This document shows positions 40,978 to 56,533 of a stretch of DNA of 64,000 nt, piece after piece. This stretch comes from Eledone cirrhosa (Eukaryota). A program made the position numbers and the translations under genes. Below the pieces are notes generated by a model that did no database searches, was not told where the DNA came from, and was given only the letters and a program-made list of their open reading frames with translations. The DNA is taken from contig OZ024742.1 in assembly GCA_964016885.1 (NCBI GenBank), forward strand, positions 255,936,001 to 256,000,000. Direction: 5' to 3'. How positions within the stretch are numbered: position 1 is the stretch's first letter; the number at the start of each line of letters is the position of its first letter.

Positions 40978-41244
40978 GTGCCGTGGTCGCGATGAAATGC
41001 ACCCATCCCAATCTGTAATGCGGTATTGCCAGTGGCACAATAAAATGCAACCAACCCACTCTGAAACGCATTAGTACTGATAGCATGACACAAACCACCC
41101 ACACCATTCTGTGAAGTGTTAGTGCTGGTGTTGTAATAAAATGCAGCCAATCCATTCTTTAAAAATAGAAGTGCCGAGGCCACGATAACATTTTCCCAGT
41201 CCACTCTCACTAAAATGGTAATGCTGGTACATGCCGTCCACTCT
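40978..41244. repeat. Degenerate ~48-bp minisatellite, 5-6 units
   Basis: Units start gtgc/ttgc/gtac and contain ataaaatgca.cca..cca.tct. Confidence 0.65.
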
Positions 41245-41945
41245 ATTAAGTGGTTGGCCTTATAAGGGCATTCATCTGTAGAAATCTTTCCAAGAATAAA
41301 CGTAGGAGCAGGAAATGTTTATCTGGTCTGTCTAGTTTAAGAACGTGAATTCCTATCCAAGCCATGCTAGCATCAAAAATAGGCATACGCGGTGAACCTG
41401 ATGATGGTAATGAAATGGTCGGTCGTAAATTATTCAATGACCAAGAGAGCTGGATGACCTTTTGTCGACACAAATATTTTGAGTTCAACGTGAAGGTGCA
41501 ACTAGGTAAATAATAGGCATTTTTTATTAATTCAAAACCAATAAGTTCATTAGAACAAAGACACAATTTTAGAGAATATGTACAATACAACTGGCAATAC
41601 GGAAAGGAAAACCAAAAACAAAAGGACAAACAAAAATAAGAAACAAATTAAATAAAGACAGAAAGTGAAATGAGGATAGGGCGTCAGATTCTACCTACAG
41701 TGCTGTCTGAGCTGTATAAAGTGAATTATATTAGTGGTATAATCTGCAAAAATTAGGTAAGAAACTGTCTTTATGTAAGCAAATTCAACAAGGGGGATAT
41801 AATGTGGTTGTTCCGGGCACAAATCTAATAATGCATTGGTGAAATTAATTCATATAACTCCTGATATGACAATTAATCTTTCCATTGCTCTTTCCATTGA
41901 TTGTATTTATCATATCTGCTCGTTGCAACTCCCGGCAAGTATATC

Positions 41946-41978
<33 letters not shown>

Positions 41979-42015
41979 GACACACACACGCACACACACA
42001 CAACCACCCACGCAC

Positions 42016-42056
<41 letters not shown>

Positions 42057-42458
42057 CTGTATATATATATGTTGTGTGTAAAATATTGAAATATTTATTT
42101 ACATATACGCTTATTATTGACGGACTCGTGAATTAGTAACGCAGTAGAGATTCATTTATCCTTTATCAACTCCAAGCCTGAGTCTTACTATTCTGTAGTT
42201 TCTCTTGTGCACTCTCAGAATCAGGTATACAGGATATACTCCTGTACAACAAGGTTCATTTTTGGCTGATTTCATTAGTTAGTCACCCACACTTCTTCCT
42301 ATGATGGATGTCTCTGGTGACTTTTAATATGTACTGTTTGTATATTTCAAAGAAAATTAGTAAACAATTGTTTCTACAAATAAATAGCAGAACAGGTATA
42401 TATTGTAAGACCTACACAATAGGTCGCAAAACTTTCCCATCTAAAAATGAATTAACTA

Positions 42459-42544
<86 letters not shown>

Positions 42545-42548
<4 letters not shown>

Positions 42549-42684
42549 ATAATAATACATTTGAAGACTAAAATCTAAAGAGGGCTCGATGAGGATAAAT
42601 ATATATCAAATATATAAGAACCGTAGAACAAATATTTATTTAACGGTGAAAGCAGCGATTCTTTGCTTAAACTTTAATCTGTTA

Positions 42685-42690
<6 letters not shown>
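42545..42690. mobile_element. Family X fold-back insert
   Basis: Same structure as 19548-19709, flanked by (TA)n. Confidence 0.8.
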
Positions 42691-42721
<31 letters not shown>

Positions 42722-42726
<5 letters not shown>

Positions 42727-43345
42727 TGTCTGCATTTCTGTTCACATGCCAACACAAGAGCAAGAATGAAGGGTTCATTCTACTGACATGGCTATACAAT
42801 TGAGACTTGTTTGCATAATTGCAAACGAATCGAATGTGATTATTAATATTCGAAAAACTCAGATTACATTTATTGTATTCAGCAATGTAGAGCGAACTTT
42901 TTGTTTTTTATTTGAATTTGGCAAAGCCGGCCATTTATCGCTCGTATAGAGGAACTGACTGGCCAGTCTGCTGATATGCAAATCTGGCTGATCGGTGGAT
43001 CTACTAATATGCAGATCTGACTGATCATCCAGTCTGCTAATATGCAAATCAGGCCGTTAAGTCACTGTGTATTTTTGAAAATAGCATATATTTTCACTAG
43101 CTCTGACAGTTTGGCAGGTGAACAGTGTGATGTACTGATGAAGGGTGATATCCAGTAAAATTATTGTCTGCAGTTCCGTTCACAGGCCAACACACAAGAG
43201 CAAGAATGAATGGTTCATTCTACTGACATGGCTATAAAATCCAGTCTTGTTTGCATAATTGCAAACGAATCGAATGTTATTATCAATATTCGAAAAACTC
43301 CGATTACATTTATTGTATTTAGCCATGTAGAGCGACCATTTTATT
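42722..43345 (+). repeat. Partial tandem (~440-bp period) with 33-bp subrepeats and an HHR-like remnant
   Basis: 42728-42900 repeats at 43166-43342. CTGATGA at 43135. Confidence 0.7.
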
Positions 43346-43359
43346 TTTTATTATATATT

Positions 43360-43779
<420 letters not shown>

Positions 43780-44749
43780 TGTGTGTGTGTCTGTGTGTAT
43801 CTGTGTGTATCTGTGTGTACATGTATGTATATATATTTGCTTTTCTTTATCGTTTTTCTCTCGACTATATGTAGCCGGTAATATCTAGCCTCCTACATTA
43901 GTCGTTGCTCTTAACATGTAAGAGTTGTTATTTTCCTGGCTGCAAACGTCAGGGTTTGTTCCATTCCAGACCCTCTTTGGTTTCTCGGGATACGCAACGT
44001 TTGTGCGTCCATCGCACGCTTCCCAGGGCATGTTGCAGGCCCATCGCCAGTTTTTGCGGCATGAAATGGAGACTGCAATATATTTTTGAACAGGCCCTTC
44101 TACTTAAGGCCTGAATGCGTCCCTTATTTAACCGCGCGAATGGCAATGTGGTATGTTTCATTGTTTTTCTCATCATTTTGAAGTTTCAGTTTCACTGGTC
44201 CTATTCGCGCCAATCACCAATCTGGTATTTTCTCAAAGCCACGAAGACTAGGCCTTTTTAGAGGCGGCATTAACTCGCCTATTCGTAGCTGCATCACTGG
44301 GTTGTGAGAGTATACTTTGGGGCCACAGTTGTCACGCATTGCTCCATCTGCCCAAATAGTTTATCGCTGTTGCTCCGGGGTTACTTATTCGTCCCGCAGT
44401 GGCCCAATTATATCGCAACTAGCCCTCATATCGGTTGGTCGCATCGCTACCCGCCACCTGTTACTCGTTCTCTAGCCAAACAGCTCTTCGTCTATAAGAA
44501 GAACAGCTCTTCTTATATACATGTGCAGTTGAAGAGAGCTACTTTTCAAGTTCAATTACATAACAATAATAACTAAATATCTAGGGTTTGTTTTGGAACA
44601 GCATATTTTCGAAGTCCACAATAATGCAATCTCTTCTAGGCTCTCACAAGCACGTCCTCAGGGATGTGGTTATCTTATTTTCCCTGCCTCTTTTCTTGCT
44701 GCATCCAACACACATACTCACACTCACAGTCACACACACACACACACAC

Positions 44750-44827
<78 letters not shown>

Positions 44828-45041
44828 TTATACATATATATATATATATATATATCCAAATTGAAAATAAAAGAATAGATTTACCAAATTATTTCTCAAA
44901 CTATTCAAATGTTTTTTATACAAGCTACTAGATTAATATATTTAATATATGTATCTATACATACCCACTCTACTACCCAAAGTATCGAGTACTCTGGCGT
45001 TCTATGGTCCACCTGGTTCCTTACCACACTTCCTCGTTTTT

Positions 45042-45114
<73 letters not shown>

Positions 45115-45137
45115 TTGTATGTATCTATGTATGTTAT

Positions 45138-46375
45138 GATCAGGTTGATTTCGAGCGCTACTGGTAACATGTAACCCTGTACATCCTGTTGTCTAGTTGA
45201 TATCTAGCCCAGCAACCTCACCAAGCATGCTTAGTGAGGCGGGTAACATTGAACACCCTCCTGGATCAAGAACACAGTCCTTTAATTAGTGGAGGAACGG
45301 ATGTGAGCCAACTGTCATCTGCGAATGTGTATATATGTATACAATTGTGTATGTGTGTGTTTCTGTGGTTGTATGAATGAGTATTTATTTTTTAATCTTT
45401 AAACTTTTTTTCACTTAATTTACGTATTTTAAATTTTCAACTTTTCAACTTTTAACGGCATTGAAAGACCATTGGTCTACGAATACAGAAAGAAGCTATC
45501 TCAGACAATACTATTGGGACATGCCTAGCACCCGGGATCCAACCAGCCAAGGGTACGGTGGAGACATCTGTTTTCAGATTAGTGGTTCTTTAACCAGTCC
45601 AGATGAATTCAAGTCAGAATCAATGGCTTATGTGGTGAAGGATCTTCTCGTTCAACTAGCTGTATCTAAAAGTTCAATCAACAAACTAATATTTCTCATC
45701 TACATATATAGCGTCCGCAAATGCGAAAAAGAAGTAAGCTCACCGTTGTTACGGCAATCTTCTAAGAAAAGGAAACTCTGAAGTAAAACCTGTGCTTTAA
45801 GTGATTATTGGTCATGTTGCTTAGGTTTGTCATCAGATAATAATCACCGAGACTTAGGAAGTCGAAGTCGTGTTATGCAAGCGTTTAACGCTTTAATGCA
45901 TTGATGTACACATGTCAATTTGATGATCTTTTCATCTGTCATTTTATACGTTACACATGTACAAATCTGCATTTAGGCGGCAGGGGTTTATATTAATATC
46001 GTACTTGTGTTTTCCTGTCAAGAACGATTTTGAGTAGAGGTTCTTTTTGTCTGAGCAGCCTTGTTAGGAAGAGCGCTGCACACCCGATATGTTGGGAAGG
46101 TGCTAGAAAATGTGCACTGAACATTTCCTGTCACATTAACACTGGCCAGTTCCCTGCGGCTAACGATGACTCATGTCCACAGGAGCAGAAAAGTTGATAG
46201 ACATGATAAATTAAACTCAAAAGAGCGCGCTACGCTCAACCTTTGTTGTTGGAATGCTAGGAAACATTTGGAGTAGAAACCATCAACTAGACCAGAAAGA
46301 GATGCATGTTTAACTAAAGAATACATAAACTACATATAGATATTGCAGCTGTCTCAGAAAGAGGTCTGTCAGTTG
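45138..46375 (+). mobile_element. Decayed RTE-type LINE 5' region
   Basis: 5'UTR is similar to 847-1200. APE remnants LCCWNAR, RPER and DIAAVSE at 46240-46360. Confidence 0.55.
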
Positions 46376-49133
46376 ATATACATTTTTGTTTCAAACAAGG
46401 AGAACGACGAAAAATATTGCAAATAGTGCTGGAGCAGGAATGTGTACAGACATTTGTTCTGAAAGTTTTCCCTTAAATACAAACCTGGCCTTCATGTCTC
46501 GATGTAGATATTTTAAATCAGGCAGCGCAAAATATCCTCTCTGACTCTACCAACTTTCGTAAATTATCAGCGTGATAGACCCCCCCTTTATTCATTCACC
46601 GCAAAATGTTGAAAACAAACACTTACTTTGAATACACGCGGCAGAAACCTGACGACTTAGCTAAAGCACCACTATAGACATTAAAGTAAATCCCAAACAA
46701 CAATGCATTCATCAATCCGGATGGGAGAGGTTGTTTTTATCTAAAGAAAATCATTCAAATTAGTCATTTAACGATGATAAGAATATTGGTGGGGGATTTT
46801 TAAATGAGATGTTGTAATTGTTCATTATTATCCCCGTTCTATCTTTAATCGGTCAATTAAAAACTATAGGAACAATATTCTCCAGCCTCTAGATAAAGGT
46901 TAAGAGGAAACATATTAATCATGTAGAATAATGGTTTAAATTTGCTGTACTGAACTTTGACATACTGCCAAATAAACAAAAGAAATTTGACATCTGCTTT
47001 TTCAAATGGTAATAATTACTTGGCAAAAGGCCTACGTTGCATTGCAAGAGCTGAGCTGCCAATGAACGTTTAACATTCTCTCTCAGTGTAAGGAATTTCC
47101 ATTGAGTTATGTCACCAATGCTCTTGTGGAAGACATCAGAACTATAAAAGACCCGTTTGCTTCTGTGAACATACTTAAAAATATACCAGTAATAGTTTGT
47201 GAAACATTACTATAGAACTATCAATTCTTTAGATATGCATTACACGTATGTCATGTGATATAATTCCTTATATCCCACCATGCCATGCCTTCGCTCATGT
47301 TTCCGCAAGAATACACGGGCACACTTACAGCCCTTGTGCTTTTCTCCCGGTAGAGCATCAAATGTATGATAGCTGAAGGGTGAAAACAACCCCATAGATG
47401 GAATCGAAGTTTATTTGAAGGCAAACCTAATCCATCTTGTCACAGTAAATTGTTGTATGATATGCACAATCTTATATAGAATCAACAGTGCTAAAATGTC
47501 ACTGTATGCCGGGAAATTGTGAAGGTGTTGGTCCACGATTGATTATGAGCCATCAAGTTAGATTAATCGTATCTAACCTCTATAACATGGAGCTGCTCCA
47601 CTAACCAACACTCCCAGACATCGGGTATAATTAATTAGGAGATTCACTAATATTATGTGGTTCATGACATGTGTGTATATGATAGCATGTATGACATGTT
47701 TGTTTATAATAAACATTTGAGAGTCTCGCTATAAATATTTTTTCAGGCGGTGAGATGATCAAGGCATAACGAAATTCATAGCTAGAGTTTCTTAAAGTTT
47801 AATATACAGAAACATATCGGCCATGCTTTCACACACACCCTTATCATGAGTTATAGTTGAACATATATGTTAAATGCTTTATATTTCTGATCATAATGAG
47901 TATACTATACTATTTCCAAACTCTTAAATATCTATTTCACTTATTTATTTCTATATTTATATGTTTATCTCTATGTTTATATATTCTCTTAATTATTTGT
48001 TACTGCACTAACCTTCACATCTACTAATATCTTTATACTGTGACTTCCTTATTCATCTGATTAATAAAAAAAAACAAACAAATCTATTTGTGTTTCAACA
48101 AGACCATAGTTATACCTTTATACCATGATGAGCCTATTCAAGAGTGATGGTGAAGTGATATATAACTAACATTCTTTAAGATATACATTGAATTTTACTC
48201 TCTGATACGATCGTAACAAAATTGATAAATTACAACCTCAATTTGCTTTTCTTATGCTTTCATTATTTAACATTATGCAACCAAGAACACAGACACACTC
48301 CCCTCCCTTATATACATATATATATATATATTACACGCCATCATTGTAATCTTAAACCAGTGCCTCGTCTCTCACTAAACACTAACAATAATAAATTATT
48401 GTTTACGTGAAACACTATATATTATTTATACTTTTACTCATTTATTGATTAACTTGATTCTTATGCTGTACTGTGGTCATGCTGTGGGACTAATTTGAGT
48501 GGACTTAGTAAATCATATCGATGTGATTAATCATACTTTAAAGTCTGCTACTTATTTTTAGCGAATTCATTTTCACGAAATGTTGAGAGAAAACGTAAAC
48601 AGAGACAGAACCACACTCACACACAAACACACACACACATGCAAACACACATGCACACATACATATGCATATATACGCAGACATCTACACCCACAATTAG
48701 TTTCGATGAAGTGCATTCCGTGCATCAATCATCGGAACGTCCATCTCGTTGATTAACGTGTACGTGGTTGAGTATGGAAATCCATATTTAAGAAAAAATA
48801 CCATGTTATTTATTCAATCTGACGACTGAAGACATACATAACATCTGCCTTCAAGAAACCACTTGTAAATGAAATAATTATCTTATGTTGTTTATTATAT
48901 AACTAATAAGCTCCGCAGCCTACATAGAGCACTCCTTTCTCCTGTACCTTTCCGACTGAAATACTTCCTTTACACACACACATTATATATATATATATAT
49001 ATATATATATACAAACATATACAGTGCAGTAGCTGTGATATGATTGTAGTACACATTTCTTTTTCTTGTTCATGAACATATTGCACATGCCTGTATATCA
49101 ACTTCTCTCTACCTCTCTGTCACATGCTCTCTC

Positions 49134-49219
<86 letters not shown>

Positions 49220-49847
49220 TATATATATAGATATGTGTGTGGGTATGTGCGTGTGTGTGAGTATCTGTGTGTGTATGTATGTGTGATACATACGGCTTTT
49301 CAAATGTGAAACGGAGAACCCAATAAGTTCAGTTTAAAAAGTTAAAATGTGCCGTGCCAATTGAAAATAGAAGATATGAAGGAAAACCAAAACTTCAACT
49401 AAGTTCTGTCTTCGCCTAACAGTGTATAAAATGTTTGAAGCTGCTTCAAAAACCTTCTTTTCATTTAAAAATAAAAAATACTTTGTGGTCTGCTGATAGA
49501 ATTCTGAAAAGTACAATCAAAAAGTTTTGCTTTCAAATTCATTTTCAAAAATATTGTTAAAAAATATATAAAATAACAAAAAATGTAATGCGTGACTGGT
49601 TTGTAAAAAGAAACCACTAGAACATCAATTTTCAAATAGGACATTCTTTAAGTATTTCCTATAATCAATGAGATTCTAGAAAAGTATTGCTAAATCTGCT
49701 CTATTATTCCCGGCATATTTTATCGTAATATCTACTTGGATATTTTCCGTACTCGTACAACAATATATCTAGTTGGGTGTGTCGTGTACATTTAAGAATG
49801 TGCATTTGCATCTGCGTGCACATACACACACACGCGCGCACACATTG

Positions 49848-50229
<382 letters not shown>

Positions 50230-50231
<2 letters not shown>

Positions 50232-50749
50232 CACAAGCATACGCAAAACCTTACCATGGGTATACAAAACCACGCAGATATAAATATGTGTGTGTGTGTA
50301 TGTTTGTGTACAAATAAATAAATAATTATATAAACGTATATAAGTAAATAAATACGTATATAACAAGCGCACACGCATACCTACATATAAATACACGAAT
50401 GTTCGGAGACGTAAGTCAACTAAAACAAGAAGTACACATATACACACACCCATATGTATTTAGCGTTTGGCTATGTGTATACGGGAGTTTTGCGTCTGAG
50501 TGAGTGTGCAGGTTCGTACGTATGGTGGGTGTGTGTATATGTGTACTTCTTGTTTTAGTTGACTTACGTCTCCGAACATTCGTGTATTTATATGTAGGTA
50601 TGCGTGTGCGCTTGTTATATACGTATTTATTTACTTATATACGTTTATATAATTATTTATTTATTTGTACACAAGCATACACACACACATATATTTATAT
50701 GTGCGTGGTTTTGTATACCCATGGTAAGGTTTTGCGTATGCTTGTGTAT
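50230..50749. repeat. Inverted repeat, ~223-bp arms, ~73-bp spacer
   Basis: 50230-50452 versus 50526-50749. Mirrored ORFs at 49704- and 50504+. Confidence 0.9.
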
Positions 50750-51209
50750 GTACGTATCTGTTTGCGTGTATGTATTTATTTGTTCCTATTACTTCTGTAT
50801 TGTATTTATTTACTTTGTTCTTAACTCTGTAGCGGAGATTCATTTGGTCTCCTAGTTAGAATTTTAGTCTACGATTTCTGCTATACCATTTACACGGTTT
50901 TGTCTTTGCGTGCTATTGTTCTCCACGCTCCACATATGACTTATTATCTTCGTTTTTTCGTTCATTGCCAGAGAACGTCTCTATGCACCACCTAAGAGAA
51001 CATTAGTCTACGACCTCTTTTATACCATAAACGTGGTTTTGTCTTTGCGCGTAATTGTTTTTCACCGCTCCTATTAATGACGTATTATTCGTTTTTTCCC
51101 GTTCTTTGCCAGCGAACGTTACCACGAACCAAAGTATCGTCTTCCTGTCTTCCTCCGGTTGCAACGTTTTTTGAAATATCCAGTTCTGCGTTTACAGATT
51201 GACTTTGTT

Positions 51210-51258
51210 AGTTTCAGAAGATCCCGTTAACGGTGAAAGCAGCGATTCTTTCGTAAAC
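51210..51258 (+). ncRNA. Degenerate family X-type HHR
   Basis: agttt-CAGAAGA-tcccgttaacggt-GAAAgcagcgattctttcgt-aaac. Confidence 0.45.
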
Positions 51259-52021
51259 GAAATTACCCGCGTTGGTGCTTTGCCCCGGTCCCACCGCGCC
51301 GCCTGTTTTGGCCGCCACATTATACTTGTACCTACAAACTCCAGGTGTAGGCATAACTATTAGCTGTATCATGCCTCTATTGGCACGTAAATAAACCCCT
51401 CATGTGGGATTTAATAGTATTCGTTTGGTATAGACGATGGCCTGTCGAAATTGTGGAGTTCCCGCTAGCGCTCCCGAAGCCTAATGTAGCTACGTTCCGA
51501 GAGTACTCGGAAAAATTAATTTCCATTTCTTTCGCTGGACGATACCACTCAAGACTGGCTGACTCATAGTGGGGGGATGTGCGGGCTGGGACTCCCAATC
51601 GAAATCTTTACTCTATATCCCATCCTAATATCTTATCGAGATAATTTTTTTCATATAAGACTCTCTCCGTAAGTTCATTAAATAAATAAATCTCGCTACC
51701 TTAATCTCTAATTCTCTAATAACTTATTTTTCAATTTATCATTTTGCAATTTAATATTATTAATTTAATTTAATTTCATCCTATAACTCGCAACATTATT
51801 TTAACGTTCTAATCTTCGGTTCACTCATTAGACCATACAGACACCCATTATTGATTATCTAGGGTAGCATTTTTTCGCGGCATTTTCTCGTATGAATGTA
51901 GTATGACCCTTTACACTAATCTTCTTTCTCCCTTTCTTTCTTTCTACCCCTTCTTCTTTGACGGAGTGGTGGTAGTGCATTATAAGCCTTCGCCCCCTCA
52001 CCAGATATTCATTAGTAGCTT

Positions 52022-52890
52022 CAGTTGCCAACGGTAAACCTCCGGATAAACTGTAAAACTAGAAACGTAGTCTATAGCATAAGATGTACAGAGGGTACTT
52101 GCAGAAACATGACAACAACATACATAGGTGAGACAGCTCGTAGCATAGGTGAAAGGATAGACCAACACTGGGGGGAACTAAAAGGACGAAAAAACGGGTC
52201 AGTACTATACGAACATGCTAGACAACAGCATGACGGTAACATAGACAACATAGAAATTAGAATAATATGTAAACATAGAAATGACCCAGCAGATAGGCAA
52301 ATCAGAGAGGCCAGTGAAATAGAAATTAGAAGACCAAGACTAAACAGAAAGAATGAATGGAATAACAACAACACCCAAACAAACAACACCGACCTAAGAG
52401 AAGTATAAATAAGTAAATAAAATAAAATAAATAAATAAATAAATAAATAAATACATACACAAGCATAATAACAACAAGCACATAAACACACACTAGTCAC
52501 CCATCACACAGCAAACAAAACACTATACACACACGCAAACGCATGCGCAAAGAAGACAAAATAAAATAAACAAACAAGCAAATAAATAACTAAATATATA
52601 GACAGACTGAATAAAAATGGCGTAGACATACAATACAACAGGAGGAAAAGATAGCACCACTGACGATGTTGCAGATGTGCAACGAAAGATTTATGATAAA
52701 CTATATATATGTGTTTGTGTCTATATTGTATCTGTATTATTTTTGACCGTCGGTCAGTCAATGGCAACATTGAGGACCGAGTAAGTTAGATTACCGATAT
52801 AAAAGACACAGAAGCGAGAAGCGAAAACCAACCAAACAGTGAGTGCGTTCTGTTATTAATTCTGGCACAAATATGACCCTCCCCAAGTAT

Positions 52891-52897
<7 letters not shown>
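52022..52897 (+). mobile_element. PLE family Y: GIY-YIG, 3'UTR and HHR (52655-52698)
   Basis: ORF 52025-52408 NCKTRNVVYSIRC...YIGETARSIGERIDQH...RQIREA...PRLN. Ends in (TA)n. Confidence 0.9.
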
Positions 52898-52987
<90 letters not shown>

Positions 52988-53279
52988 ATTTCAGCGAGAT
53001 CGTATTTCGGCGGGGGCCAAATACAAAACGAAACGCAATTTTCAAGATATACAGCAAACGCTCAATGGACTAAAAGAAGACCAGAGCAATGAACATACGT
53101 TATAAAGGCCAGAAAAATGAAAACAGTGGTCGTGAAGCCATCAGCCACCGGAGCCAAAAAATTGAAGCAAGCTAAACAGGTTAACAAAATAATTTACCTG
53201 GAGCTCCTGGAAAGTGTTGGTAAAACCCAGTGGGAGGTTTCTGTGACTTCTAAATCAATTATACTGCCTTCATTCGTTG

Positions 53280-53318
<39 letters not shown>

Positions 53319-53759
53319 AAAACTAGAAATTGATTAACATATAAATAAACATGAATAATCACAGGAGATAATGTTTTCAAGTGTGTCAGCACACAGAGCT
53401 AGGTAGGTAACTAAATAAAGTTAACTAGAACTTCAAAAATAGATACCTTATAATATGATTAATCTTCCTTGTATATACTCCATTAAGGAATATATTTCAC
53501 CAATTAATCGAATGCCGGTACTTGGATTTTCAACAAGGAAGAAGTCCAGCGGTCTATGTTTACGCATTAAGTTCAAATCAGCGACTGGCCAGTAACACGT
53601 GGTGTATCTACTAGAAATACACACATCATACCAGCTTCGTCCCAGTGGCGTGAATAGGGTTATCGACAACTATAAACAGCAGTCAAGTCCTTTCAACAGA
53701 GTTAGTTCTACAATTAAGGAGCCGTATTTATATATCTATATCCCAAATTAAATAATTTT

Positions 53760-53880
<121 letters not shown>

Positions 53881-53881
53881 C

Positions 53882-53991
<110 letters not shown>

Positions 53992-54010
53992 GCATATATA
54001 TATATATATA

Positions 54011-56467
54011 GTGAAAGATTGAAGAATAACATAGTCGGCTGTACAAAAACTGTTTTATTTCAAATATTAACAATTGTTTCATTGATCAGGTGAGTCTAAA
54101 GGCCGCTAATCACTCGGAGTTGCGTCACTCGACCTTAAATACAGTGTTTACCTCTGATCAAATCATCGGAATACTGGAGGTTTTACATATGGCATTGATA
54201 TATATAGGATACAACTGAGAATTAAAACATAAACATCAATAATAAAAGATAATGATAAAGATATAAAGAAGATAGAATGAAGATGGTACAGATGTAAAAT
54301 ACAAGTAAAAACATAATAAGTACAGAATGCGATTGCTGATATTAGTGGTGGTAGTGAGTAAGTGTATGTGTAAAGATAATACTAACATGAAAAGCAACAT
54401 CAAATGCATACATATATAAGGGGTGGTCAAATCTCAGAGGGTTAGAATAGAAGATAAAAAATAGTAACAAATGACAGATAAACTATAAAAACTAATAAAT
54501 TAAAAATTAAGTGAGAGGGGAAGAGATACTAGGATGAGACATAAGGGGTAGGGCTAAGGACAGGGAAGGATTAGATAGGTAAATAGAGGATAAGAATTGA
54601 AATGGAGAGATTTCATATATGCGTGTGTGGTAAATGTCTAGCATGCGTATTGTCTTATCTTAATGGGGTTGATGTGGCTTTAGGGAGAGAGAGTGAAACA
54701 AAGTTAGGAGATTTATGATGTTGATCTAGTGACCAGTCGGTCAGTTGACAGCTAATAACAGTGGGGTGGTATGTAGTTAGTACATTAAAATCCAGGTGGT
54801 TCAGTTCGAATTTTGGGATTGCTGGATCGAATCATGTTGGTTTGAAATTTGCGAACTTGGTAGCTGCTTTGGGCCTACAGAAAATTGATCGTTCTATTTT
54901 GCTGTTAAGCAACACCTTATCATACTTTAAAATATTGGACTGTAATACAGGAAAGTTTTATGCAATTTCTGTTTACAAGCCGAAATTGTCTCAGATTTTT
55001 GTCTAAGATGTGATGATTGGCGTAGAGTATTTCCAGATCTTCAGCGGCGCAGAGATCGCATGGTCTTTTATTTCCGTTATACGATCATGCTTTAGCTAGG
55101 ATCTCCCAGTCTAACTTATATTGGGTGTGGTTGTCTTTTGACTCCACATATAAGCTGAAGGTGACGTCATATTCCTTCTTAAAGGGTTAAGAAAGAATGG
55201 GTGTGCATGTAACGATACTGCTTGAATCTATTGGCGGTTAACCCTATGTAGGCCCTACTACGTGGGTGTTTCGAACTTACATTTGTAGACAATGTTACTG
55301 GAGAGGCATTTCCCGGATAGAGGACAGTCAACCCAATTCCTACAATTAGAGTTAGTACTAGCTACAGGGTTGCACGTGTTCCTACGGCTAGGTAATTTAG
55401 CTACACTTGAAGCAGTGATGTTATGTGCAAAGTTTGGAGTCGTAGAGTAAGATATTTTAATGGTATTTCTATTAAAACATATATTATATTTATGTGCAGA
55501 GGGGAAATGCTTCTTAATAAGAGAGCGAAAGATCTTAGCTAATGGTGTGGCCACCTCCATATTATATGGTGTGTTTTACCATATAATGTGTCGGGATCTA
55601 TTACTCCTTGGTTTATGCTCATACTTAGTATATGCTACATTATCGACAAATCCACTCCGAGCAAGAGCTTCATTGTATTATGTGGAATGGTCGGTGAAAA
55701 TATGCTCGTTTTTAGAAACGTTTTTTTCCAGGTTCTTGGTTATGCTGGCAGGATGGTTAGAATGCTTACTTATGTAATTAAGCGTATCATTCGGCTTTCT
55801 ATACGAGTAGTGCAAGCCAGTCGACAAATTGAGGGTAAAGTCGAAGTAATTAACGACCGACAGGTTGGCCTCAACCTGTATGGAGAGGTTAACGCCTTTA
55901 AAGAAGGCTGTGAGTTCTTTTCTAAACCTGCCGCAAGCGCGTGGAGCGCACTTTGTCATGGTCAAAAGACCTTCATCGCGCTACAAATGACCACCCATAT
56001 TGGTGAATTCTTCCTTGATAGAGAAAAGAAGGAAAAGGCCGATAAGATCTGTAACCTCCGCCGAATCAATGGCGCCCACTCACGTCGAACGGGGTACTAT
56101 TAGATTTTTTATCCAAATAGTGTCGTCGAAATTAATCACTGACTTACAGGCATTGAGGATGACATCAACTTCGAAATCCTTAATCACCGTGAGCGTTTTA
56201 GCGAAATTGATAGCTCCAAGAAGAAGTGGTAATGTGATGGAGGAGTAGTAGTTATTGATGTCGAATTTGATAAAACGGCAATGTTCCTTGCTGCATATTC
56301 CATTGAACCAATCAATCACCGCGAAATAATTATTCCACACTGCAAGAGGGGTCAATCTTCCAATTTCAGGTATAATTCTATCTAAAATCCTTTTACTAAG
56401 TGTATCTAAATCAGATTTCGTAGGGATAATTAGCCGAATAGATGGGTTGTTGGCGAAATTGGGAGAC

Positions 56468-56468
<1 letters not shown>
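54011..56468 (-). mobile_element. 5'-truncated PLE (Naiad-like RT + GIY-YIG)
   Basis: IKFDINNYYSSI, DSAEVTDLIGLFLL, VNYFDFTLNL, YRKPND..YISKHSNHP, NCRNWVDCPLSGKCLSSNIVYKC, YIGLTAN. 3' end at (TA)n, 5' end at (GATA)n. Confidence 0.9.
54063..54175 (-). ncRNA. Type I HHR variant: CCGAUGA core, long stem II
   Basis: agtatt-CCGATGA-t-ttgatcag...ctgatcaa-t-GAAAC-aatt-GTT/aatatt. Confidence 0.75.

Positions 56469-56533
<65 letters not shown>

Noticed and set aside
43905-44520. GC-richer stretch with PLE N-terminus-like CKRQGL
   Set aside because: Too little similarity to assign by eye.
47200-47560. Traces of hAT motifs on the minus strand (GNMS, YV*C)
   Set aside because: Heavily decayed; needs an HMM search.
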